64,000 nt of DNA from NCBI RefSeq assembly GCF_018977255.1, contig NW_024704742.1, positions 54,810,001 to 54,874,000 on the forward strand, written 5' to 3'. Below the pieces are notes generated by a model that was not told the origin of the DNA, did not search any database, and was given only the letters and a program-made list of their open reading frames with translations. How positions within the stretch are numbered: position 1 is the first letter of the stretch; the number at the start of each line of letters is the position of its first letter. The DNA comes from Callorhinchus milii (taxonomy: Eukaryota). The translations under genes and the position numbers were made by a program. Below, piece after piece: positions 12,700 to 25,789 of the stretch.

Positions 12700-15345
12700 C
12701 AGCCGAGTGTCTGACACATGTGGAAACCCATCACCATGCTTAAGAGTATCCAAATCAGACTGAGTTCTATGCATCCCTATGGAAACTTCTCATTTATTGA
12801 ACTGCGCACTCTCTCCCTGGAGGAATGCATCCTGCTTAAATAATTTGATTCTGTATTAGATGCAGGTTTCCAAGGCTTGGGCACCCCAGAATGTGTGTTG
12901 GGGTACTGCTGGATTCTTAACAGCTAAAACCGCATAGCCTGCCATTGAGAGTACTGTCTGGTAAGCTTTCCTGTGGTCCACCTTCGACTGCCCTATCTGT
13001 TAGGGCTTGTGGATTACAGGAGTTAAATGGGAAGAATGCCTGACTGCAGAGACATTTCTGCCCCTTCATATCCTGCCATGAATCAGGTTGGCTGTCTTCA
13101 GCAGTGCCCTGGAGTACTGTGGACTCGCCTGGCTCAGGGACTCATCTACTGAGACCAGCACAGAGGGTTTGCAATAGAATGTCTGAATTGAACCAAACAT
13201 GCCACCTTCAGCTCCAAAGAGACCCTGCTTATTTCCTGCCCATCCCACACAGGATAGTCACCAGTTGGTCATTTAACATCCGACAAGCGCAGCTTTGAGC
13301 CCTCACTGGGTGGATGGCAGATAACCACCAGGTGCCCCTGTGAGCTTCCTGGTGGACAACACCACTCAGCATGAGTTGAGTGAGGGCATTGCCACCATCT
13401 TCCTGCCCAAAAGCTCAACAATACAACATTTATATGGAGCCCTTCACATCGATAGCATCTCAGAATGCTTAAACACTCATCTCAGAACGCTTAAAGCTTG
13501 GACACACATCCTTTCCCATTGAGCGATAGCTCCACTAGATGGATGTACGGAGCATGAGCAGCAGCTGCTTACGTCTCTGCAAACCAATCAGGGTGGGTCC
13601 CATGGTGTACAAACACATGTTCACAGACTCGGATTGCAGATAACACTTTCCAGCAGGTGTTGCCCCAAGCCCAAGTCTCATCAGCCTTCAGGGTGATGGG
13701 AGGATCTTTACAGGACAACTTGTGACATGCTGCCACCTTGATGATCTCGAGGTCCAAGTCCCAATGCCACATACCAGGCTTACTTAGCACCAGCTGCTTA
13801 ATTCAGGTCCTCAGTTGAGGGGCATTGGCAATTAGTCGTGCCCGCTGTGAAGCCGACCCTGCCTGCAGGGTGCTCAGCAACAAATCAGCGTAACCTGTAA
13901 CCCTTCCTCCCTGCATCCCCTTCCCGGGTTTACCACAAATCCACCTCATTGCTTGATCCTGAACTTTACAAATGGGCTAGAGGAAGTTTCTCTACTGTAT
14001 CCCCAGGAGTTTAGAACTATAAAGAACTCTTTGCACACAGGACCTGTATGCTACAAGCTTGGGCTGCATTGGAACCTTGCTGTCCTGAAAGAGAGACATG
14101 AGACAGAATGCCCTTTGCTCCTTCTCTGCGAGGTCCTTCGGGAATGTGTCCAAGTAACAGTTGGTGTTCACTACAACCCCCAGGTACCGATAATTAATGA
14201 TTAGGATTCATGTCTCTTATATCTTCCAATCAATAATCTCCATGTCTTCTCTTGAGCTGTGCCAGAACCATAATTCCACCTTTGGGAGCACCACCATCAT
14301 GTCCCACTGAGTGGTCCAATGTTCAAGATGGTGATTGCAGCACAGAAGGTCCCCACAAGCACAATATTGTTGACAAATAGAAATGTTACAATTCTGTCAG
14401 AATCGCCTGGAACTGATACAGATACACAAGTCCATCCCAACATGTCATTGATGAATACATTGAATAGGGATGGTGACAATGAAACTCTCAAGAAGGACAG
14501 GCTCAGTGAGTCCATTGACAACCCTTACACAGATCTTGGAGCTGGAACACACATTTCTGATAAAAACTTAAGATTTAACCATGTATTCTCATTGCTTTCA
14601 GTTTCATCATGAGTGCTTCCACAGTCAATGAATGCAGCATAGGTGGGTTTCCCCTTAGCTTTATGATGATTTACGATCTCATACAAAGCGACCACCCTTC
14701 CTATACTTCCCTCATGAGAATGGAAGCCAGCCTGTTCTTCCTGATCAAGCCACAAGCCTCAAATGTGCACGACACGTGCAGTGACTTCCTGTAGCATCAT
14801 GTTAAAAATCCACTGAAATCAGAGAGATTCCTCTATAGTTCTCGGTCTCATGAGGATCATCTTTCTTGTGGATGGATACCATAATTGCAATCAGAAACAC
14901 TGACTGAGTGTATGCCACAGATGGTGTCCGGTTAACAAGCACAAGGAAGGCAGCTCCAAGGTGAATTTGAGGTTCCTGGCTTGGATACATAAGATCCTCA
15001 CTATTATCTATTTCTCCTCCCCCCTCCCACCCCACCATCTGTGTTTAGGAACTGCTGCCTCATCATTCATAGCGCATCGAATTGTGGAGTCCAATCCCAA
15101 TATTGGGTCATTTAAGATTTTCAATCTGCTCCACACCTTCCGCCAGTTCTTCCATCCTCCATACCTGTTGGATCAGATGCCAAGATTGCAAAATGCTTCC
15201 TCCAAACCCCAAAGATATCATTATGGGTCTGTTGTAGATCACCAGAATTGTCCAACACTGGCAAGAGCCCAGATGGACCCTTCCGGCGATGACAGATTTC
15301 AGCCAGCAGAAGAAAGCTTTGGGATCGCTCTTGTGTAGTTGCGTC
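12700..15345 (-). mobile_element. Degraded non-LTR retrotransposon (RT-containing ORF2 remnant plus 3' UTR), not L2 or CR1; clade unassigned
   Basis: Minus-strand translation with stops and frameshifts: VWRKHFAILASDPTG (~15160-15210); SIHKKDDPHETENYRGISLISV; EQAGFHSHEGSIGRVVALYEIVNHHKAKGKPTYAAFID; LSPSLFNVFINDML..FLFVNNIVL (decayed FADD motif); QRARLIANAPQLRT*IKQLV. Confidence 0.85.
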
Positions 15346-15449
15346 CCTTTTGTACTAATGAAACCAATTAATCATACTTAATTTCTCTATCCTTTGTGAG
15401 ATTTGCTAATTTAGCACTCACTAGGAATTGAACCTTCCTAGGCTAGGGC

Positions 15450-16025
15450 ATAAGACGTAGGAGCCTGCCTCGTCATTTAATAAGATCATGGCTGATCTTC
15501 TAAGCCAATTCCATTTACCCGCCCTATCCCCATATCCCTTAAACCCTCTATTCTTTAGAAATCTATCAATCTCAGTCTTGAATATATTCAAGGACTGAGT
15601 ATCCACAGCCTTCTGGGGTAGAGAATTCCACAAATTCACTACCCTCTGAGTAAAGAAATGTTTCCTCAACTCAGTTTGAAAAGGCTGACCCTTAATCTTG
15701 AGGCTATGTCCCCTAGTTTTAGATTCTCCAACCAGGGGAAACAGTCTCACGGCATCTACTCTGTCAAGACCCTTAAGAATCTTACAAGTTTCTGCAAGAT
15801 CACCTCTAATTCTTCTATATTCTAGAGAATATAGGCTTAGTTTACTCAACCTATCCTTGTAGGTCAACCCTCTCATCCCAGGAACCAACCTAGTGAATCT
15901 ACGCTGCACCCACTGTAAGGCGAATATGTCCTTTCTTGAATAAGGATACCAAAACTGCACACAATATTTTAGGTGTGGTCTCACCAAGGCCTTATACAAC
16001 TGCAGCAAACTTCCCTACTCTTGCA
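15450..16025 (-). mobile_element. CR1 LINE 3' end
   Basis: ORF 15421..16008 reads LYKALVRPHLKYCVQFW..VQRRFTRL..KTRGHSLKI..HFFTQRVVNLWNSLP, the classic CR1 ORF2 C-terminus. Confidence 0.92.
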
Positions 16026-16789
16026 TGGAGTTATGGAGACTTTTCCAAGGCTACTCACTCCTTCACTGGATAAATTTGCTGAATCCTCAGGAGAAATGTT
16101 ACTACTATTTTTGTGTTAAAATTGTTGCCAGTGATATAAATAGATAGTTAGTGCAGTGCTGATTATATTCCAGTGTGGAAATGAGTAATCTAGGTGCCAC
16201 TAATACTGCTTGAAGTGCTGTTTGCACCCGAAACCTCTGGAGGTAGAATTACCCAGCAGCAAAGGAAGTGGAAGCCATATTCTATTTTTCTGCAGTTTGT
16301 GGACTGAGAGGCTTGCACAGTTTACAACCCCTTAAGATGTTTTTCCAATTGCAGGCCTGTATGGGCTTTCTGCAAACAATAGCAGCAATAAATAAAAATG
16401 TGGCTGGAACATGCAAGTGACTGTATTCATGAGTTTGCAGGTGTACAGTTGTACGCTAGTGCTTGGAGTATGCTGTACACTATAAGTTAAACTGGGAGAT
16501 TTAACAGTATTAATGAGAAGCTGTGTATAAACCTGTATAAACAGCATTAATTTCATGGGCTAATTTGTTTGCTGTTATTTTCTTTTATACTTCACACAGT
16601 CCTATTTCCTTCACAATGGAACTTTGACCCAATGTTATTTGCTTTCATCATTTTGGTTTACAAAGGGCAATTTCAGGACAGACATCAATAAGTATTTCTT
16701 TATCCATAGCTTTGTTTCTGACTGGAACAGATTAACAGGAAGGATGGTTGAAACCAGCATACTGGGCTCATTTTAGAAATGGGTGAGGC

Positions 16790-17690
16790 TGAGAAGGAGT
16801 TCTGGTGACCAGGGTCAGAATAACTGAAAGTTCACCTCGTGAGGTTGCAGAAGGTTGCAGCGATTGGGTGGGGAGGGGGGAGAGCAAGCGGGATTCGAAC
16901 ACAAGGATGAGGATCTTGAATTCCATAACTTCATCTGCTTTGAAGAGCTTTGTGACATCCTTCAACACTAAGTAACAGCACAATGTAAATGTAAAATTGT
17001 TCTTAATCGACTGGGGATGGGGAGACCATAGGGGATGATCTTGCGGAGTTTGGAGAGTCTTGCTGGAGAGGACGAGCTGCGCCTTAGAGGAACTGAGGAG
17101 TATGGCTAGCAGCATGTTGGCGTTATCATGCTTGGATGTGATAAAAGCATAGATGAAGGTCTTGGTGGCCCGAGGGTAGATATAGTGGTGGAGGCAGGGA
17201 ATGCTGCACAAAAGAGGGAAAATTGAATAAGTGAAAACCCTTGATCTAAGATTTAAGAGACGATACAGGACAGCAAGTTCCGAACTGGTTTCATGAGATA
17301 GAGATGATCCATGCAGATCAATGCGATAGTTTCCTGGGGTCAGAAAACGTTAATGGAGGCCAAGCCGCAGTCTTCCTGAAATTTAGCTGGAGAAAGTTAC
17401 AACCCATTCAGAACATGATGACTTTGACGGGTAATGTCAGAACAGCAATGTTCAATCAAGGGTAGGGACAAAGGGTGTTATCTTCACATATGTGGAACTG
17501 GACTGCATGTCTACAAATGTCACCTTGAGGGAGCATACAGATGGTGAAAAGGAGAGGACCAAGAATAGAGTCCTGTGTAATATCGCAATCAGGAGAAGAA
17601 ACCATTTCTAGAGACAAAGTGGAATAGGTAGGAGTAAAACCAGGAAAGAATAGACTTATGGTGGTGTTGAAGGCAGCAGAGAGATTGATA
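16790..17690 (-). mobile_element. old L2 LINE fragment
   Basis: Minus ORF contains ATKTFIYAFITSKHD and EFKILILVF, decayed L2 ORF2 motifs. Confidence 0.65.
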
Positions 17691-18724
17691 AAATAACAAG
17701 TAATTATGTTAAAGAATCTTTGTATTTGCTACATTGCTAGGATTGTGAATATTCAGGATGTTGTGCTGGCTTATATCTTAGGCAACACTACTGCAAAGCC
17801 AACTCCTGAATGTTTTTCCAAAGGTTTTTTTGTACTAAATTCAGAATTTAAGGGGTTTCAGAAACTCTTCTGGGTTATAGTTCAGATGGATTTTGGTTTC
17901 AAAGATCATTGTCCCATTCACACAGTAATTCATTGTCCATTTTGGATAATTATCCAGATTACTCCATGATGGTTAAGTAGCTAAATACAAGAATTAAGAG
18001 TTCTTTGTTCAACCAGAAGACAAACTTGGTTTGCTGAAAAATTCACCCAGATAATAAAATTAAAAATCTCTGGACATTTCTGGTGTTCTAGATCTTTACT
18101 GACATTTAACCATTATGAAAACAATAGATTTAACCTCCTGTACATTTTGTTGTGCGAATGGAGTTCATGCAATACAAAGAAATGTAAAAAACTAAAATCT
18201 GGGTTTGTTTCTCGTCACTTGCAAATGTTTCCTAATGGTTTAATAATCATTTTACTTGAGCTGAGGTTTGCAGAACATTTTTGGTGATCTTCGTTCAATT
18301 AAATCTATCCAGTTTCAAATGTTTCTCTTGTACCTATATGTGCAATTTAGGGATTACCTTTATATTCTTTCGTTTTTGAAGTGGGCAAATATAGATCATT
18401 GTAGGTGTGGACTGTTTTAGGCCCAAGATTTTGTTGTATGAAGGGATTGAAAAATGATATGCCTTTTAAAAGGCAGGTGTAAAATCTAAAATACCAATGC
18501 AATTTTGAACAATTTGCAGCTGCTGTCTCTAATATCTGCTTTTGTAAATAGTACTTAAATAGAGACTACTCTAACAGTACTTAAAACGAGACTGCTCTGT
18601 AAGTAACTATAGAACACTTTTTTATCCTATAACTGACACGGGGGACCTGTTCAGAAATGAACTTAGTGTTACATTTTTAACTATTGAATAATTTACTTTT
18701 ACTAATTTAATTTAAAAAGGTGAC

Positions 18725-18965
18725 ACTCATAAGAACTCGAATATGCTAGCCAAAAGAAGACCTAGGTCCATCAAATTCACCTTCCACCATCCTGGCAGTA
18801 CTTGCACATGTCATGTCCCAAACTATATATTGTATCTCGAGATATTATTTCCTCACAGAAATCTATCTTAATTTGTTTTTTCAAGAATCAGAACTTTCTG
18901 CTTCCACCATCTCCTTAGAGAGCCTGTTCCATACGTTTACCACTCGCTCTCTGAAGCAATCTTTC
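18725..18965 (-). mobile_element. CR1 3' tail fragment
   Basis: gaaatctatctta..cttccaccatctcc..gcctgttccatacgtttaccactcgctc is antisense of the CR1 RVVNxWNxLP/3'UTR region. Confidence 0.55.
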
Positions 18966-20039
18966 TGCAGAATAAGAGCATAAGAATTTGCTAGGTGAAA
19001 GTAGACCAAGCTGCATCCATTTTGCTTTGGTCCATTCAGTTTGCCTCATGTCAACTGTGGGGATAATATGGCTGTTTTCAAGCACGGTACCATGTTTATC
19101 TTCGACTAGTGTGAAACCTTCCTAGTAGAAAGCCATTAGAAATCTACTCAAGAATTTCCTGCAGAAAAATGCTAATTTCCAAGATTCAGATTTTGAACTT
19201 GTTACTAAACAAAAGTGTGTAAATCAGTCATTTAGTGGTGTAGGTATCAAAGAAAATCCTAGCTGCAATATTTTCCTTTGATCTTGCAGTTTCACAGCAT
19301 CTATAAATTTGTTTCAACTTCATCATTTGAGGTCACCTCAGGCGCTGACAGTGTCACCATCCATGATTGCACATTCCATCTCACTAAGCCAGTCCGGGAA
19401 CTTGGCATCTTGTTTGACCCTCAACTATCCTTTCTACCCCACATCCGTGCTATGACCCACTCGGCATTATGGTTCCTGTGTTTTCGCATGTGCCTTTTTC
19501 TTATTACTTTCCCGATGCTGTTGAACCTCAGGCCTCCATTACAGGTATGTGTAGTTGTGTGGATTGTTTTTTTGTGTAAAGAGTTTTTCTTTAATTTCTG
19601 ATGTAAAGTTCGATGAGCCTGTCTTGGCATTCCCGCTCCACACTATCCCTGGGGTCTTGATGGTACCTACCGACTCACCGGTCCTTCTCTTTTCGCCGGA
19701 CCTACTTTCCCCTCACGCTTGAACTCACACCTTCTGACTTGAAGGTAAAAGTGCTACTACTGAGCCAAGCAGACCCCCAGAAGAGAGGTACATTAGGTGC
19801 TCGAAAAGTAAGGATATTAACCGATGAAGAGAAAATGTACATTATGAATTAAACAGTGTTGTAGACTTTGCAGTATGAAGGGCTGATAGTTCAGACCAAC
19901 TATCAGCCCTTTATATTACTCCTGTTCCTATGTTCGTACCAAACAGGACAGAAATGGGAGTGGAAGGCATCACAACTTTCTTTAAGAGTCTATACCAGAA
20001 GGTTTTTAAAATCGACCCATCGTAAGATGCACAGACAGA

Positions 20040-20712
20040 GCAGCTTCTATCCTTAGAACTCTGGACAAAAGATCCTCCACCTCTACTACAATATCCACCT
20101 CCGACCGTACCTTACCCCAAATGCAATCGAAACCCTTGTACATGCGTTTGTCACCTCTTGCTTGGATTACTCCAACGCACTTCTCATCGGTCTCCCCAGC
20201 TCCATCATTCAAAAGATCCACTCATTCAGAACTCTGCTGCCTGCATACTGACCCGGACCAAACTCCGTACCCACATCTCACCAGTTCTAGCCAAGCTCCA
20301 CTGGCTCCCCCATCACCGAACGGATCAACTTCAAGATCCTCACACTTGTGTTCAAATCCCTTCACTCCCTGGCACCTCCCTACCTCTCCGACCTCCTCAC
20401 TCCCCAATCCTCCACCCAGCACCTCCACTCAACTGGCACTGGCCTCCTGCTTATCCCTCGCACCCTCCGTTCCACCATTGGAGGTCGCGCATTCAGCCAC
20501 TATGCCCCCAAACTCTGGAACACTCTCTCTCAATCCCTCCGTCTTGCCTACTTTCCCCTTTTTCAAGTCTTGCTTTAAAACCTTCCCTTTTCGACCGTGC
20601 TTAAGGTCATCTCCTCCCCCCCCCCCCCAGCTCGGAGTCAGGCTCTGCGACTGTTAAGCACTCTGAGATGCTACCCTGCTAAAGGCGCTATATAAGTGCA
20701 TGTTGTTGTTAT
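20040..20712 (+). mobile_element. L2 LINE 3' end with tail
   Basis: ORFs give LIQNSAACILTRTK..ISPVLAKLHWLP and FKSLHSLAPPYLSDLL..IGGRAFSHYAPKLWNTL. Tail aaggcgctatataagtgcatgttgttgtt. Confidence 0.9.
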
Positions 20713-21419
20713 TGCTTGGCTGTGTGACAACCACGGATATCAGGAAGCTATTTAACATCTTCTCAGACCTGTTTCATGACACGTGTACCATTAACCAAGG
20801 ATAACGTAAAAGATGCTCCCAAAGCTGGAAGATTAACGAAGACCCCTAATAAAACAAGAATATTTCTCAGAAGTTGCAAATGATTTTGTTGAAAAACCTC
20901 TTAAAAATGCAATAAAAACTAATGTTTGCAATTAAACTATTTGTGGTTAAATTATTTGATTTGTGTTCAAATTTTAACCTTTGATATTCTTTTGCTTTGC
21001 ATCTCCATCCCAGAATTTCTACAGCTCTTTGCAGACTTATTAAATGTTTAAGTATTTGCCTATAAAGTATTAATATTTCTAATCAATTCATTTTGTGAAG
21101 CGCTTCAAGATTGGTTTATGTACCCATGCTGTATAAGTTTGGTAAATTTCTCATTGATTTCTATAGATGTGGAAGAAAAAATCTTGAATCCTATTTCTTG
21201 TAATCCTCACTGTAAAATAATAGCACTTTGTCTGAAAATATATAATGCATGTTCTAGGAATAGGGATTCTTCCCACAAGGCTGCAAACTGTAAACCCTAG
21301 AAGTCAAAGCCTAAATGCAGTGGTGCAATCTTTCTGGTTGGCCAATAAAATACATTTTCTTGATTGAATCTTTCTTGATTTATGCCATAAATCACAAAAT
21401 ATTCAATCAAGAAAAAACT

Positions 21420-21775
21420 GAAAACACACTAGCGATCGAACATGGACTTGCCTAGCCTCATCCGAATGTTTGGGAAGCAGCTTTTTGATGGCTCTACGGT
21501 GACAGGTTGGCCACCACTACGCTAATGGATAGTGTGGTGCAAGCTAGACAAATAGCAGGAAGTTTGGTAGACAGTACTCTCAATGATAATCTATCTACAC
21601 ATGTCTAACTCTCAACAGTACTTCCAACACACCACTCTCAGGTCAACAAGCCTTGGCTCTCACCTACGTGCGCCTAATACTCTACGAAATTAGGTTAAGC
21701 CGGATGCGTCCGTCCAGGAAGAAAGTGTGAATACCATTCCGGACACTGAAATTTCTATGTGTAGATGGCATACGT
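21420..21775 (+). mobile_element. 3' end of the unclassified LINE family (divergent, CpG-rich copy)
   Basis: agacagtactctcaatg, cagtacttccaacacac and taggttaagccggatgc...gaaatttctatgtgtagatgg match, in order, the reverse complement of 3230-3490 and 12770-13010. Confidence 0.7.
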
Positions 21776-22652
21776 ATAATTATTGCATTTGATATAGTGC
21801 CTTTCACGTCAAGAGGACATTTCAAAGTTGTTCATAAGATTTATTGTTAAGTGTGGTGTCTGCATGTGTAGGTGAATGCAGCAACAATGTACTTCAAACA
21901 GCCACAGTGAATGACCAATTTTATCTGGGAGATTGTTACACTCGAGGATGGTGAGAATGTGGACCTCAATGCTGGAAGCAAAAAGCAACAATGTATTTTA
22001 GAGGAAATGTGATATATAGATAAGGGAGAAGGGAATAGAGGATTATAGGCAAAGTGGAAGCTGGTGTGGAATATAAATGCCTGCATGGGCTAGATGGGAC
22101 AAATGGTGTGTTTTTATGCTGTAGTATTCCTTGTAACTCAAGAAGATCAGTGTTGCTTTCATAACTTTGATTAACAATTTTATTAATTTGTAAAAAGGGT
22201 GCTAGACTTTTCAAAAAAATGTGTTCATTGGATACAATTGTGTGGAAGTGTTATCATTAAACATATTGAAATTCTGAATAATTCATATATTTACTAGGTA
22301 TTCACCTAATATTCACTAGGTGTTAGTTCTAGTAAAAACATCCAGTTCACCCCAAACAGATCATGTAGTTTAATTAGAAGCAAATATGTAATTCATATTT
22401 TAATTTACAGGGAAGTTTGCTGACTGGTGCCAATAGAAGCATAACTAGAGAATTGAAAACATTCTGTGCCAAAATAGTTAATTTCAATTAGGATGGTATT
22501 AGTTGCTCCTAGTGCCTCTGGGCTAGAAGAAAATCAAGCTGAGAGTTCATTTTATCCTTCATGATCGCTATTCAATGCCATCTGTTGCAATGCAGAATGT
22601 GTAGATGTAGGGTAAGGATAGCATCAACCTCCTTTGACAAATCTTTACTGCC

Positions 22653-22687
22653 TTAGTCAGACCATTTAGTCAGACCTTAGTCAGACC
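22653..22687. repeat. short tandem repeat (TTAGTCAGACC) x3
   Basis: Read directly: ttagtcagacc at ttagtcagacc ttagtcagacc. Confidence 0.9.
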
Positions 22688-24720
22688 AGTCGGTTCCATT
22701 TTCAGCATTGTTTTTTGGTCAGTTCCATTTAATCCCTCTCTAATAAATAAACTATCCTACTGCCTACCTTTCCTTCACTCTCTTTCCAAAACGTTAGAGA
22801 TTAATTTCTTAGATCATCATTTTTGAACCAAGTTTCAATTAGTCTTGTGATTGTCTAGTGCCTTACCTGCACTTCTACACCCATTCTGTTCTCATAGTTC
22901 TTGCATTAATATGGACACTTCTTCAATGTTCTTTGCCAACAAAGCTGATTGTTTCAGTTTACAATTACTCCTGAAGTACTTAGAGACATTTTGAGAAAAT
23001 GCATTATAAAAATGCAAGTTCTTATCTATCACTTGTGAGCTGCTCACCTTGTCCCTGCCTTGTTATAGTTTAAATCCTCCACTGCCTCAATTACCCTCTC
23101 TTCAAAGACAATGGTACACACTCAGTTTTAAGTGATGCGCATACCTTCGGAGTCGTGCCATTATATGTGAATTATCTCAAGCGCTCTCAACTACATCATT
23201 TGCTAACTGGCCTAGTATGTGGCAATTAGAGTAATTTTAGAAATTACTATTCTTGAAGTCCTGCTCTTTAATCTGGTACCTGGCTCCTCATACTCTTTTT
23301 CCAAGATCTACACAGTTACTGTTTCTATTGCACTGTTTCATGAAAACCACAGTCTCTGGCTGTTCTTCCTCTATTGCCTGAACCTTTTATGCCTGCTATC
23401 TGACCCTTATCCTGGCTTCTAAGAGGCAGCACATTTAGGACTTATGGTTGTGGTGGGAGCAATGGTCCCTATCTCCACAATTATGGAATTTCCTACAATT
23501 AACTTGCCTTTATACAGCACCTTTGACAGCACTCTTGAGATGTTATCATTTGTGAAGGCACTATATAAATATAAATTGTCGTAAAAACAAACTTACTTTA
23601 CAAAATGTTGTTTATTAGAAATTTAAGTGAATTTTCACATCAGATAATCTGCACTAGCAAAATCCCATAATCAATAGTGAAATTATTGGTTATGGGACTT
23701 ATTAATTTCCAAGTACCATTTTTCTATTTTTTCTAAATTCATTTTTTACCCCAATCTTCACAGTACCATGGTGTTTCTTATGATTCTTTTTATCCATGTT
23801 ATTGGTATGAAGTGCTGCATGTCTGTTTGACAAATCAAAAATCACAGAGGTAACCCACTCCTCTGAACAATTATCCGTTATGTGGTTGATGAACCATTTT
23901 TTCCTCTTTTCTGCTTTTTCCAGTCTTTAAGATGCCTCTCTCCTAAAAAGATTCCTTCCATGTGTGATATAGAATGTGACCAGCTAATGTGAGCACATTT
24001 CAATCATCCTACACTTCACACATGTATTTTCCTTGGTTACTTAACATCTACTTGTATTTATATAGTTCTCTTCACATAAGGTAATGTCTCAGAGCATTTG
24101 GTGTCTCTGTTGCTTGGTACTCTGTGGTATCAGCCATTGTGCACAGACAGCAGCTTTGCATCTGGTACCACCATCCCAATGCTCACTGCTTATTGCTTAC
24201 AAAGACTAAATAAAGAACTGAATTATTTCATTTACAAACCTTTGTCCTGGAGCTTGTGGCCAACTATCTCAACACTGAATCCTTTTTTTAAACTAATTTC
24301 ACCATGTTGACTCTATTGACCTCTCACTCCATTGACCTTGCACAGCTCGATAAATGGATAACTAAATAAATTCTGTAAAAGGATTAGGAAAAGGATGCTG
24401 ATCTTTAAAGGGCTGTTTTAGCACACTTTACTAGATGATATGCACCTTTAACTTTAGAGTTCTATAATTGTCATACTGCCAATGTAGCAGCTTAAGTTGT
24501 TTTACAAATGATCATCAAAACTAACTTTTCAAATCTCTTTATTGCAAACTGATGTGGTTATTGGAACCGTTATGTTATTTACTGCAATGTAATTGTATTT
24601 CAATAATTTTAATAAGGGTTCTAAAGAAGATGTCAGTGTATTATATGAATGCAACTGTTAATCATTTTATGTATAACACAAATTTGAGTGTGATACAATT
24701 TTATATTTATTATATTGTAG

Positions 24721-24795
24721 CTTCAAGAAATTTTTAGGAACAAAAATGAGAAAAGAGGAAGGAGAGGTGATGATGAGGAAAAGTCTGCACAAGTG
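24721..24795 (+). CDS. MICU3: MICU3 coding exon, 75 nt, LQEIFRNKNEKRGRRGDDEEKSAQV
   Basis: Acceptor tattgtag, donor gtaagt, phase 0/0. Matches MICU3 LQEIFRKKNEKR...DEEK. Confidence 0.95.
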
Positions 24796-25158
24796 GTAAG
24801 TATAGATATTACTTTCTTGTTTTTAATTTGTGGAGAAGGTGACTTTAAAATAGACATCAACACAAGTTTAACTTAATATAAATGTTTTAATGTTAATTAC
24901 TATATCTTCAAAAACCTAACTATTAGTGATCATTTGAGTTTCAGATATAAATCATATTTAACAGATCAAGGCACAAAAATAAAAGCAGAAAGGACTAATT
25001 TTAGACCTAGAGGTTCAATTCTTTTCTATCTGTCTAGAGTAATCTTGACAATTTCACTCCATGTTCTACTTTTAATTGCTGTTGTTTTTCCTTTCCTTAC
25101 CTCTCCTCGTTTGCTGGCTACAATCTGTATTTTGATATCACATCGATCCTCATGTAAG

Positions 25159-25200
25159 AATCTGCAACTTTTCGGTTATCAGTATGCTCCTAGTCGCAGT
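25159..25200 (+). CDS. MICU3: MICU3 small coding exon, 42 nt, NLQLFGYQYAPSRS
   Basis: Acceptor catgtaag, donor gtatgt, phase 0/0. Resembles human MICU3 RLQLYGYHSPTNS (recalled) at the expected position. Confidence 0.82.
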
Positions 25201-25789
25201 GTATGTAATGTTTTTAATTCTATCTAGATCGTTAAACTACATAGGATGCATTTCAGTATCTAAACCACCCGAGTGCCAAAATGTATGCAACTCAATTGAA
25301 AAATATTTGAAACACAATAATGTGGTTCAATGAGACTTTTTTTTCAATTCTAGTTTCTAGAGTTACATTTTGGAATTTCCGCTTAAGCTATATGATGACT
25401 AGCAAGGAAATGTTCAATGACTTAAATCGCTACTCAAAAGGTTGATATGAACATGAATTACATTTTGACTTTCCTTTAACCAATAGTGGATTGATTACCA
25501 TAATTGTTTTTTGTTTTATTTTCAGTTGTTTACTAATTTACTGAAAAATTTATTATAAAACATAGATTATTAATATAAAACATAAATGTGCATTATCTTG
25601 GATTGTGACAGGCTCTGATGATTAATCATCAACAGTAACATGGAATACTCTGGACCTATCTGGTTTATGATCACCAAGTTTACCCACAGGATTGACACAG
25701 CAATGCTTTCCCTTTGGCAAGAGTGCCATAGTTGTACCAGAGTGTCTCTCACTTACTTCTCTTCTCCCCCCCAGCCCCTCACCCAAGAA

